Shown one piece after another: positions 7,476-14,974 of a stretch of 14,974 nt of DNA. The first letter of the stretch is position 1. The number at the start of each line of letters is the position of its first letter. The position numbers were made by a program, and so were the translations under genes. The notes below the pieces were generated by a model. The model saw only the letters and a program-made list of their open reading frames with translations, was not told the DNA's origin and did not search any database. Location of the stretch: the IMG/VR virus record IMGVR_UViG_2711768058_000014. The stretch is one strand, 5' to 3'. This DNA comes from a virus. Lineage: Duplodnaviria; Heunggongvirae; Uroviricota; Caudoviricetes.

Positions 7476-8633
7476 ATGCCGAGAATAATCGAATTACGCC
7501 AGCAGAAAACCGCCATTAAAAATCAGATGCGCGACATGCTGGAGAACGCGGAAAAAGAAAACCGCAGTCTTAACGATGCTGAGGGCGCAAAATTTGACGA
7601 ATTACGCACTAAAGCTGAATCCCTCGATAAAGACATTTCCCGCCTTGAAGCCATTGCAGACGAAGAGCGCAGCAAGCCAGGTAAAAGCAGTCAGACCACT
7701 GACCCCGCAGAACTACGCAACTACATCCTGACAGGTGAAACCCGCGCATTAAGTACAGGCGTTCCCGCTGATGGTGGTTATACCGTTATCCCCGAGCTGA
7801 ACACCGAAATCATGCGAATGCTGGCGGATGAATCCACCATGCGCCGCATCTGTACCGTGAAGAAAATCAGCAGCAACGAGTTTAAGCAGCTTGTTTCCGC
7901 TGGCGGTGCGACCGTTAACCACGGTGAAGAGGGTAAGGCACGCGAACAGACCAGCACCCCGCAGATTAACGAGGTGAGCATTAAGCTGTATCCGGTCTAT
8001 GCGTACCCGCGCACCACACAGGAAATCGTGGATTTTTCCGATGTGGACATCCTTTCATGGCTGACGGGTGAGATTGGCGACACCTTCACGGAAACCGAAG
8101 AAAGCGATCTGGTTGTGGGCGACGGTGACAAAAAAGCAAAAGGTTTTTTATCCGTACCCCGTGCAGAGAAGAACGACAAAGAGCGTGATTTTGGTACGTT
8201 GCAGGTAATTAAACCTTCCGAATCTCTGGCGTGGACATCTGCGGACCCGCTGATCGACCTGAAATTTGCATTACGTAAAAAATACCGCAAAAACGCGGTC
8301 TGGGTGGTTAACTCCACGACGGCGGCAAAACTTCAGAAGGTGAAGAACGCGAACGGTGATTACATCTGGCGCGACCGTTTACAGGCGGGTGATCCTGATA
8401 CGTTGCTGGGCCTTCCGGTCGAATATCTGGAGTTTATGCCTGATAACGTTATTGCCCTGGGTGACTTCAAACGCGGTTACTACATTGTTGATCACGAAAC
8501 AGGTGTTCGCACCAGACCGGACAACCTCACAGAGCCGGGCTTCATCAAAATTTTCACGCAGAAATATTTAGGCGGTGGCGTGGTGGATTCGAACGCGATC
8601 AAGATTCTGGAACTGCCACAAGACGACGATTAA
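7476..8633 (+). CDS. HK97-fold major capsid protein with N-terminal coiled-coil delta (scaffold) domain
   Basis: 385 aa; coiled-coil N-terminus (RQQKTAIKNQMRDMLENAEKE...DKDISRLEAIADEER) then a capsid-like body; size and position next to protease and portal. Confidence 0.9.
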   Translation: MPRIIELRQQKTAIKNQMRDMLENAEKENRSLNDAEGAKFDELRTKAESLDKDISRLEAIADEERSKPGKSSQTTDPAELRNYILTGETRALSTGVPADGGYTVIPELNTEIMRMLADESTMRRICTVKKISSNEFKQLVSAGGATVNHGEEGKAREQTSTPQINEVSIKLYPVYAYPRTTQEIVDFSDVDILSWLTGEIGDTFTETEESDLVVGDGDKKAKGFLSVPRAEKNDKERDFGTLQVIKPSESLAWTSADPLIDLKFALRKKYRKNAVWVVNSTTAAKLQKVKNANGDYIWRDRLQAGDPDTLLGLPVEYLEFMPDNVIALGDFKRGYYIVDHETGVRTRPDNLTEPGFIKIFTQKYLGGGVVDSNAIKILELPQDDD

Positions 8634-8643
8634 CAGCATACAG

Positions 8644-8672
8644 AAGGGGCTTAAAAGCCCCTTTAGTGTTTT
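8644..8672 (+). terminator. Hairpin AAGGGGC-ttaaaa-GCCCCTT with U-rich tail after the capsid gene (partial terminator)
   Basis: Read directly from sequence; placement typical of attenuation after a highly expressed capsid gene. Confidence 0.45.
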
Positions 8673-8687
8673 ATGGGTGAAAAAATT

Positions 8688-9245
8688 ATGAAGAGTATGG
8701 AAATCCGGTCATCGGAAATCACCACCAGCGGAGCCGGTACGCTGACGGGCTACGTTGTTCGCTGGGATAAGCTTTCAGAACTGCTATGGGGGGAGTTTTA
8801 CGAAAAATTCCAGCGGGGGGCGTTTACTGAGTGGCTTGCGGCGGGTAATGACGTTCGCGGCCTGTATGAGCATGACCACAGCATGTTACTGGGGCGCACC
8901 CGTTCCGGCACGCTGAAACTGGAAGAGGACGACACAGGGTTACGCTTTGAACTTACCCCACCGGATACCAGCACAGGGCGTGACGTTATCGAACTGGTTA
9001 AACGTGGTGATATATCCGGCATGAGCTTTGGCTTTCGTTCCCGTAAGGATGTATGGGATACCACAACAGATCCATGCGTGCGCACCGTGCTGGTGGCGGA
9101 ACTGTACGAAATTACCGTTACATCCGTACCGGCTTACCCTGATTCCGGCGTGGAGCTGGCCCGCCGTTCCCTGTATGAGCAGCACCCCGAAAAAATGCCG
9201 CGTGCGGATAATCGCCGCTGGTGGGCGGATTTAGCGGGGGTGTGA
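8688..9245 (+). CDS. HK97-family prohead protease (S78-like)
   Basis: GYVVRWDKLS...GAFTEWL...LYEHDHSMLLGRT...GDISGMSFGF pattern; start could instead be the ATG at 8673 (no ribosome-binding site there). Confidence 0.85.
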   Translation: MKSMEIRSSEITTSGAGTLTGYVVRWDKLSELLWGEFYEKFQRGAFTEWLAAGNDVRGLYEHDHSMLLGRTRSGTLKLEEDDTGLRFELTPPDTSTGRDVIELVKRGDISGMSFGFRSRKDVWDTTTDPCVRTVLVAELYEITVTSVPAYPDSGVELARRSLYEQHPEKMPRADNRRWWADLAGV

Positions 9246-9246
9246 T

Positions 9247-10458
9247 ATGTGGCCTTTCAGAAGAAAAAAAGAGCAGCGCAGCATGACGCTGGATGAATTT
9301 ATGGCGCTGGCCGGCACATCGAACACGGGGTCGGGTGAGTACGTATCATCGGGGACAGCGGAATCACTGCCCGCCGTCATGAACGCCGTCACGGTCATCT
9401 CTGAGGCGGTGGCTACCATGCCATGCTACCTGTACCTGGTACGCAATGAGAAGGGGAAGGAGGCCCGAGAGTGGCTTGATTCTCATCCGGTCGATCACAT
9501 CCTCAACGAGCGCCCGAACGCGTGGCAGACTCCCTACCAGTTTAAGCGAATGATGATCCGCCACTGCCTGTTAAACGGTAATGCTTATGCGGTGATTCAG
9601 TGGGGGCGTGATGGTTTTCCGGTGGCTTTACATCCTTACCCGCCGCAGTCGGTGAACGTGGAGCAGACAGGCGAACACAACTGGCGCTACTGCATCACTG
9701 ACGCCTACACCGGAAACACCCGCAACTATTTACCGTGGGAGGTTCTCCACCTTCGTTACTCCACGGATGACGGTTTTATGGGGCGCTCACCTGTAACCAT
9801 CTGCCGCGAATCGCTGGGGCTTGGGCTGGCCCAACAACGCCACGGCGCGAGCGTGATGCGTGATGGCATGATGGCGGCAGGGGTTATCACGTCAGGCGAA
9901 TGGCTGGACGGCGTGAAAGGCAAACAGGCATTAGCCGCACTGGAACGCTACAAAGGGGCCAGAAACGCCGGAAAAACGCCCATCCTTGAAGGGGGTATGA
10001 GCTATCAGCAGCTGGGCATGAGTAATCAGGATGCTGAATGGCTGGCCTCCCGTCGCTTCACCATTGAAGACATCGCCCGAATGTTCAACGTCTCGCCGAT
10101 TTTTTTGCAGGAATACAGCAACAGCACCTACAGCAATTTCAGCGAGGCAAGCCGCGCATTTCTCACTATGACGATGCGCCCGTGGCTGGCGAACTTTGAG
10201 CAGCAGATAAAAAACGCCCTGCTGGTGGCCTCGCCTGTACCTGGTATCCGGTATCAGGTGGAGTTTGACAGCGCGGACCTGTTACGGGCCACACCTGGCG
10301 AACGCTTTGCCACCTATGAACGCGGCATCAAATCCGGCGTTATGTGCCCGAACGAAGCCCGCGAACGTGAAGGGCTGTCCCCGCGTGATGGTGGTGATGA
10401 GTTCAGCCAGGCATGGAAACAGGAAGTAAAAATCAGCGAGGGAGAAAAACCGGAATGA
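9247..10458 (+). CDS. HK97-family portal protein
   Basis: 403 aa; portal-like conserved central and C-terminal regions (EDIARMFNVSPIFLQEY...MRPWLANFEQQI); start overlaps the protease stop. Confidence 0.9.
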   Translation: MWPFRRKKEQRSMTLDEFMALAGTSNTGSGEYVSSGTAESLPAVMNAVTVISEAVATMPCYLYLVRNEKGKEAREWLDSHPVDHILNERPNAWQTPYQFKRMMIRHCLLNGNAYAVIQWGRDGFPVALHPYPPQSVNVEQTGEHNWRYCITDAYTGNTRNYLPWEVLHLRYSTDDGFMGRSPVTICRESLGLGLAQQRHGASVMRDGMMAAGVITSGEWLDGVKGKQALAALERYKGARNAGKTPILEGGMSYQQLGMSNQDAEWLASRRFTIEDIARMFNVSPIFLQEYSNSTYSNFSEASRAFLTMTMRPWLANFEQQIKNALLVASPVPGIRYQVEFDSADLLRATPGERFATYERGIKSGVMCPNEAREREGLSPRDGGDEFSQAWKQEVKISEGEKPE

Positions 10459-10793
10459 ACATAGGGCGACTGCGTGACAGGGTAACGATTCAGACCCTGA
10501 AACAGACCAGGGATATAACCGGCGAAATACTCGAAACGTGGGAGGACGGTCACACACTCTGGGCAAGCGTGAACATGATCAGCAGCAAGGAGGCCATTTC
10601 ATCGGGTGCAGAGCTGGCGATTGGTACCGTAAGGATCTGGATACGGTACCGGAAGGACATCAACGCCACCAGCCGGATAAAGGTCAGTACGGGGCCGCTG
10701 GCGGGGCGTGTACTGAATATCATCGGGCAGCCGCTGCCGGATGCCGCCAGGACACGCCTTGAAATTCTTTGTCGTGAGGGCGCGGAAAAATGA
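10455..10793 (+). CDS. Head closure / head-tail adaptor protein (Phage_H_T_join-like)
   Basis: MNIGRLRDRVTIQ...IRYRKDI...LEILCRE pattern; ATGA overlap with the portal stop. Confidence 0.75.
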   Translation: MNIGRLRDRVTIQTLKQTRDITGEILETWEDGHTLWASVNMISSKEAISSGAELAIGTVRIWIRYRKDINATSRIKVSTGPLAGRVLNIIGQPLPDAARTRLEILCREGAEK

Positions 10794-11086
10794 CAGAAGA
10801 ACTTATCACCCTGGAAGAAGTGAAACTCCATTGCCGCATCGATGGCGACGAGGAAGACCAGTTAATCAGCGGATACATTGCCGCATCGCTTGAGGCGTGC
10901 CAGATACATATAGGCAGGCGCTTTGATGACGGGCTGGAGTTCACGCCAGCCATAAAGATTGGCTGCATGATGTTTATCGCTCACCTGTACGAGAATCGCC
11001 AGCTGGTAGCGGATAACGCAAAAACGCGCGTACCCATGACGATTGGCGCGCTCTGGACGGCTTACCGTGATGTGGGGGTGTACTGA
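10790..11086 (+). CDS. gp6-like head-tail connector protein
   Basis: ITLEEVKLHCRIDGDEEDQLISGYIAASLEA resembles the Phage_connect_1 N-terminus; ATGA-type overlaps at both ends. Confidence 0.7.
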   Translation: MTEELITLEEVKLHCRIDGDEEDQLISGYIAASLEACQIHIGRRFDDGLEFTPAIKIGCMMFIAHLYENRQLVADNAKTRVPMTIGALWTAYRDVGVY

Positions 11087-11526
11087 TGCCGTGGCAACCA
11101 TTAAGACGATGCACAGAACCAGGCTGTAACAGGCGCGTGAAGTCCGGCAAGTGTGAGGAGCACAGGCGGGCGGCATGGCGTGCAGAGGATGCCAGACGAG
11201 GACACCGCCGCGCGCGTGGGTACTCCAGACAGTGGGACAAATACCGCGCCATGTATCTGAGTAAAAACCCGTTATGCGTGCGATGCCTTGAGAAGGGGAT
11301 ATATACGCCCGCCGTGGTGGTGGATCACATTATCCCGATTAATGGCGGTGATGATGTTCTCTTCTGGCCCGAATGGAACCATCAACCATTGTGCCAGGCG
11401 TGTCATAACCAGAAAACGAAATGGCTTGATCCGGCAACAAAAAGCAAGCGTGCCGCAGGTGGATTTCATGAAGAGGAAGAACGGGCCGCTAACCGCAATA
11501 ACTGGATGTATGACGCTGATGAATGA
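11086..11526 (+). CDS. HNH endonuclease, packaging-associated
   Basis: CxxC...DHIIPINGG...WNHQPLCQACHNQKT: HNH motif with zinc ligands; sits just upstream of TerS/TerL. Confidence 0.85.
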   Translation: MPWQPLRRCTEPGCNRRVKSGKCEEHRRAAWRAEDARRGHRRARGYSRQWDKYRAMYLSKNPLCVRCLEKGIYTPAVVVDHIIPINGGDDVLFWPEWNHQPLCQACHNQKTKWLDPATKSKRAAGGFHEEEERAANRNNWMYDADE

Positions 11527-11692
11527 GCGGGAACAAAACCGCCTTATCCGTGGACTTATAAGGCAGCGTGACGCATGGAAGACACAGGAAACAGGGCATA
11601 AAGATAAAGCGTCAGGACGCGCAGAACGCATCACAGCGAAGCGATTAACCGACCGTGACCGCGAGGTTATGGAATGTTTCCGCAATCGCTGA
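11510..11692 (+). CDS. Possible small ORF (60 aa) overlapping the HNH 3' end
   Basis: ATG in the +2 frame 17 nt before the HNH stop; no clear ribosome-binding site; basic and helical. Confidence 0.25.
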   Translation: MTLMNEREQNRLIRGLIRQRDAWKTQETGHKDKASGRAERITAKRLTDRDREVMECFRNR

Positions 11693-11814
11693 TGAGGCTG
11701 TATGACGGGGTGGGGGGCGTTTTCAGGACAAACCCGACCCCGCCGGGCACCGAACGCCTCCTCAAATTTTTATGCACGGGAATTTTTTGAAAAATAATCT
11801 GACGAAAAATAAGC

Positions 11815-12171
11815 ATGGCAAGACCACCGAAAGCCCCCGCCTACCTGGATGACATCGCCGTGAAGCAGTGGCGGGAAAAATCGCGGCAGCTTGCGGAACG
11901 GGGAGACCTGACCCCCGCCGACTGGAGCAATCTGGAACTGTATTGTGTCAACTACTCCATTTACCGGAAAGCCGTCGCAGACCTTGCGGCGCGCGGGTTC
12001 AGTATTGTTAACAGTCAGGGCGGCGAGAGCAGAAACCCCGCATTAAGCGCGAAATCAGACGCTGAAAGGGTGATGATAAAAATGGCCTCCTTGCTCGGTT
12101 TTGACCCGATAAGCCGCCGTAAAAACCCACCGGAAACAGAAGAAGAGGACGAGCTTGACCGCCTGGAATAA
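11815..12171 (+). CDS. terS: Terminase small subunit (P27-family-like)
   Basis: 118 aa; PADWSNLELYCVNYSIYRKAVADLAARGF...LLGFDPISRRK pattern; overlaps the TerL start. Confidence 0.8.
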   Translation: MARPPKAPAYLDDIAVKQWREKSRQLAERGDLTPADWSNLELYCVNYSIYRKAVADLAARGFSIVNSQGGESRNPALSAKSDAERVMIKMASLLGFDPISRRKNPPETEEEDELDRLE

Positions 12172-13816
12172 GTACGCAGAAGACGTAAAAACGGGCAAAA
12201 TTCCGGCCTGTAAACGGCTGAAACAGGCCGTTAAACGGTACTTTTCGGACCTTAAAAGCCCCCTATACACGTTCGATCGTGAGGTTGTGGAGCGGTTTAT
12301 TTCCTTTTCCAGGGTGTGCCCGCACGTAAAAGGACCGATGCGTGGCAGACCCATTGAGCTGGAGCCGTGGCAGCAGTTCGCCTTTGCGTGCATCCTCGGC
12401 TTTAAGGTTAAGGCCACCGGACGGCGCAAATACACGAGCGCCTTTATCGAAGTGCCGCGCAAAAATGCGAAATCCACGACCGCCGCGATTCTGGCTAACT
12501 GGTTTCTGATTATGGAGAACGGTCAGCAGGATATCTACACCGCAGCGGTGAGCCGTGACCAGGCGCGGATCGTCTTTGATGATGCGCGTCAGATGTGCCT
12601 TTTATCCCGACCGTTACGCAGGCGGGTGAATATTCAGGCGCATAAGGTGATACACCCGAAAAGCAACAGCCTGTTAAAGCCGCTGGCAGCAAAAGCGGCA
12701 ACCATCGAGGGAACAAACCCAAGCCTTTCCATCGTGGACGAATACCACTTGCACCCCGATAACGGCGTTTATTCCGCGCTTGAGCTGGGGATGGGCGCAC
12801 GTCCCGAAGGGCTGTTATTTGCCATTACCACATCAGGCAGCAACGTCGTTTCAGCCTGTAAGCAGCACTATGATTATTGCTGCCAGATCCTGGACGGCGA
12901 AGAGGTTAACGATTCAATTTTTGTACTGATTTACGAACTGGACGACGAAAACGAGGTTGATGATCCGGCGATGTGGATAAAGGCGAACCCTAATATTGAT
13001 GTTTCCGTCGATCGTGAAAAACTGGCCTCAACCATCCAGAAAGCGCGGGGTATTCCGTCGCAGTGGGTGGAGATGATGACAAAGCGATTTAATATCTGGT
13101 GCCAGGGGGCTACCCCGTGGATGGGTAACGGCGCATGGGCTGAGTGTGCCGGAACGTTCACGGAGGAAGATTTACACGGCCAGGAGTGTTACGCGGGGCT
13201 GGACTTATCATCAACCAGCGATATTTCCAGCGTGTGCTATGCCTTTCCGGTCGGTAAAACCATTATGCTGGTTTCCCGTCACTATCTGCCGGAATTTCAG
13301 CTACAGAACCCCGCCAATAAAAACCGCGCCATCTATCGTCAGTGGGCTAAAGCAGGCTGGATACGCACAACGCCTGGCGACTGCATTGATTACGACCGGA
13401 TCAGAGATGACATCATGCAGGACGCGGAGAAATTTAATATCAGGCTGGTGGGCTTTGATACGTGGAACGCCACGCATCTCAGAACGCAATTACAGGGGGC
13501 AGGTTTTGAGGTGGAGCCGTTCCCGCAAACCTACCTCAGATTCAGTCCGGCGGCGAAATCGTTCGAAGTTTTTGTTAACCGCAGGGTGATTGTGCATCGT
13601 GGCGATCCGGTGTTGTCCTGGTCGATGAGTAACGTCGTGATGCAGAGTGACGCGAACGCCAATATCAAGCCGAACAAGAAAAAATCACCGAACAAGATAG
13701 ACCCGAGCGTGGCGGCGCTGATGGCGTTTGGTACATTCCAGGCAGAGCATGAGGATTTTGCTTTTGATATAAGCGACAGCCACCGCCAGAAACTGGAAGA
13801 ATTTAGCGGGGTGTAA
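12155..13816 (+). CDS. terL: Terminase large subunit (ATPase-nuclease)
   Basis: 553 aa; ATPase region with Walker A-like VPRKNAKST and downstream acidic nuclease-like residues; TTG start after GAGGA. Confidence 0.9.
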   Translation: MTAWNKYAEDVKTGKIPACKRLKQAVKRYFSDLKSPLYTFDREVVERFISFSRVCPHVKGPMRGRPIELEPWQQFAFACILGFKVKATGRRKYTSAFIEVPRKNAKSTTAAILANWFLIMENGQQDIYTAAVSRDQARIVFDDARQMCLLSRPLRRRVNIQAHKVIHPKSNSLLKPLAAKAATIEGTNPSLSIVDEYHLHPDNGVYSALELGMGARPEGLLFAITTSGSNVVSACKQHYDYCCQILDGEEVNDSIFVLIYELDDENEVDDPAMWIKANPNIDVSVDREKLASTIQKARGIPSQWVEMMTKRFNIWCQGATPWMGNGAWAECAGTFTEEDLHGQECYAGLDLSSTSDISSVCYAFPVGKTIMLVSRHYLPEFQLQNPANKNRAIYRQWAKAGWIRTTPGDCIDYDRIRDDIMQDAEKFNIRLVGFDTWNATHLRTQLQGAGFEVEPFPQTYLRFSPAAKSFEVFVNRRVIVHRGDPVLSWSMSNVVMQSDANANIKPNKKKSPNKIDPSVAALMAFGTFQAEHEDFAFDISDSHRQKLEEFSGV

Positions 13817-13829
13817 TGAGGTCAGCAGC

Positions 13830-14111
13830 ATGACAGAAGCCGAAATAACGGGATTAATCCGCCGCGTTGCCGGAATCAGCCAGCAGGTTGACGAACAGGC
13901 CACGCAGCCGGACAGCGTGACAGCCGAAAACTATGCGCGTGTTGTTGCTGAGGTGATGCGCCGTGATGGTATAGAACTTAATGGCGTGGATATGCGCAAC
14001 ATACGAACCAGAGTTCTTGAGTTGCTGGCCTACCGTCGCCGCGTGGAGATGTATCGGGAGAAGGAGAAAATAACGTACCACTGGAAGAAGCCGGAGCGGT
14101 TGCGGCGGTAA
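13830..14111 (+). CDS. Hypothetical protein (93 aa), last island gene after TerL
   Basis: GAGG ribosome-binding site 8 nt upstream of ATG; helical and charged; no recognisable motif. Confidence 0.5.
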   Translation: MTEAEITGLIRRVAGISQQVDEQATQPDSVTAENYARVVAEVMRRDGIELNGVDMRNIRTRVLELLAYRRRVEMYREKEKITYHWKKPERLRR

Positions 14112-14227
14112 CTGGTTGATATTCCCGACGGCCCAAAAATGGGTTGGCTACACCCCTCACAACTACGACATTTTCGCAGTTTAATTAATGGTCAGCTTAA
14201 TCGCTAACCCGCTGATATTTTCGGAAA

Positions 14228-14630
14228 CCTCAATTTGAGGAAGTCGGCGCGGTAACTCGCTGAACTTTAAGCAAAGCGCAAAATTGCGCTTGCGGAATAA
14301 TCATTATGATTACGCAGATGATTAAGGAATGACCGAAGGCGGAAATTCGCCTGTGGTTAATGGGGGAGTTGCAGATCTGCAACTCGACCATGAAACTACG
14401 GAAACTACCCGTAGTTTGGGTAGTAAGAGTAACACCCAGATTTTGGGGCTTACTCGTGATACCCAAATTTGGGGTATCAGTGGCAACCATAACGACTTTC
14501 GTTACGGTTGATGCTTTTACCCCATTGGGGGAAAGGTATTACGATAATCATAACACCTACCGAACAGGTAAAGCCCACCAGCCTGATTAACGTTTAACCG
14601 GAAAAAAATTCCGGTAGGTGGGGATCCCCA
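14228..14630. repeat. Cluster of at least seven different short perfect or near-perfect palindromes (hairpin-capable)
   Basis: CCTCAAtTTGAGG 14228-14240; AAGCGCAAAATTGCGCTT 14274-14291; AGTTGCAGATCTGCAACT 14367-14384; AAACTACccGTAGTTT 14402-14417; GATACCCaaatttgGGGTATC 14458-14478; ACCGGAAaaaaaTTCCGGT 14597-14615; TGGGGATCCCCA 14619-14630. Confidence 0.6.
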
Positions 14631-14741
14631 TATCGACATTAACGCCCCTCATGAATTGGTGTGCTTCCCCCTGGAAAGATGATCCGCCTGTATATTTCTT
14701 GTGTCTATTTGTTCCACGTTGTTTCATACAGTGCACCGAAC

Positions 14742-14765
14742 GGTGTAGTCACTGGTGTAGTCATT
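14742..14765. repeat. Tandem 12-bp direct repeat GGTGTAGTCA(C/T)T x2 next to palindrome CACCGaaCGGTG
   Basis: 14742-14753 and 14754-14765; palindrome 14734-14745; candidate recombinase arm-type sites near the right junction. Confidence 0.45.
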
Positions 14766-14809
14766 TTGCGATTTTTGGCACTTTTTGCGGTGTTAATTAT
14801 TTAATTAAA

Positions 14810-14974
14810 TCAATGTGTTATGCGAAATAAGTTATATATAACAGCAATAAATAATGCGAGAATAAACGGCACGATGATCTCGGCGGCAAAACGGATACCG
14901 CAGAGAATAATGACCAGCATTCCCAACATAATGACGATTTTTAGGCCATTGAGCGTGATGATCGGCTTTGCCAT
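14810..14974 (-). pseudogene. tqsA: Truncated 5' fragment (54 codons) of a tqsA/ydgG-like inner-membrane transporter gene
   Basis: Minus-strand translation [54 protein letters not shown]; N-terminus recalled as TqsA-like; the premature stop falls where island DNA begins. Confidence 0.5.

Larger units (their letters stand above)
1..14840. mobile_element. Integrated phage satellite with own capsid and packaging genes but no tail genes (cf-PICI-like); left boundary lies outside the window, right boundary approximate
   Basis: Contiguous same-strand set int - alpA - primase - iteron ori - HK97 head genes - HNH/TerS/TerL; no tail, tape-measure or lysis ORFs; right end meets a truncated host-like gene. 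Confidence 0.7.

Noticed and set aside
12055-12477. 140-aa minus-strand ORF overlapping terS and terL
   Set aside because: Antisense to two well-supported packaging genes
14230-14830. Short ORFs (60-86 aa) in the palindrome-rich right-end region
   Set aside because: No convincing ribosome-binding sites, low-complexity or Cys-rich products, and the frames are kept open by the palindromes; the region is treated as non-coding
1-14974. tRNA, tmRNA or rRNA genes (common integration targets for P4-type integrases)
   Set aside because: No cloverleaf-capable segment with a conserved T-loop motif recognised; the junction appears to lie in a protein-coding gene instead
13817-14974. Tail, tape-measure or lysis genes after TerL
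   Set aside because: Only one 93-aa ORF and non-coding sequence follow; nothing of the required size is present

Overview
Almost the whole window is one integrated mobile element with the architecture of a capsid-forming phage satellite (cf-PICI-like / P4-type island). Left end: P4-family tyrosine integrase (1-1218) and AlpA (1593-1781). Then a minus-strand ribbon-helix-helix regulator pair facing a divergent operator-like region, and a translationally coupled operon of small ORFs ending in a 584-aa P4-family primase/NTPase (3824-5578). Downstream lie an iteron-type origin (about 5594-5817), an SSB-like gene and a PerC-like gene. The right half is a complete HK97-type head and DNA-packaging set (major capsid, prohead protease, portal, head closure, gp6-like connector, HNH endonuclease, TerS, TerL; 7476-13816) with no tail, baseplate or lysis genes. 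The right end (about 14.8 kb) abuts a 54-codon 5' fragment of a tqsA(ydgG)-like membrane-protein gene on the minus strand, which suggests insertion into that gene. Non-coding structure worth attention: 10-bp phased AACAA repeats after int, a triplicated GTGCGAT(T/G)CA motif, a duplicated 24-bp terminator flanking a small ORF, a terminator-like hairpin plus U-tract butting against the capsid start codon, and a palindrome-dense, ORF-poor region of about 600 bp near the right end. All functional calls come from motif and fold recognition by eye on the supplied translations; no database search or computation was run.
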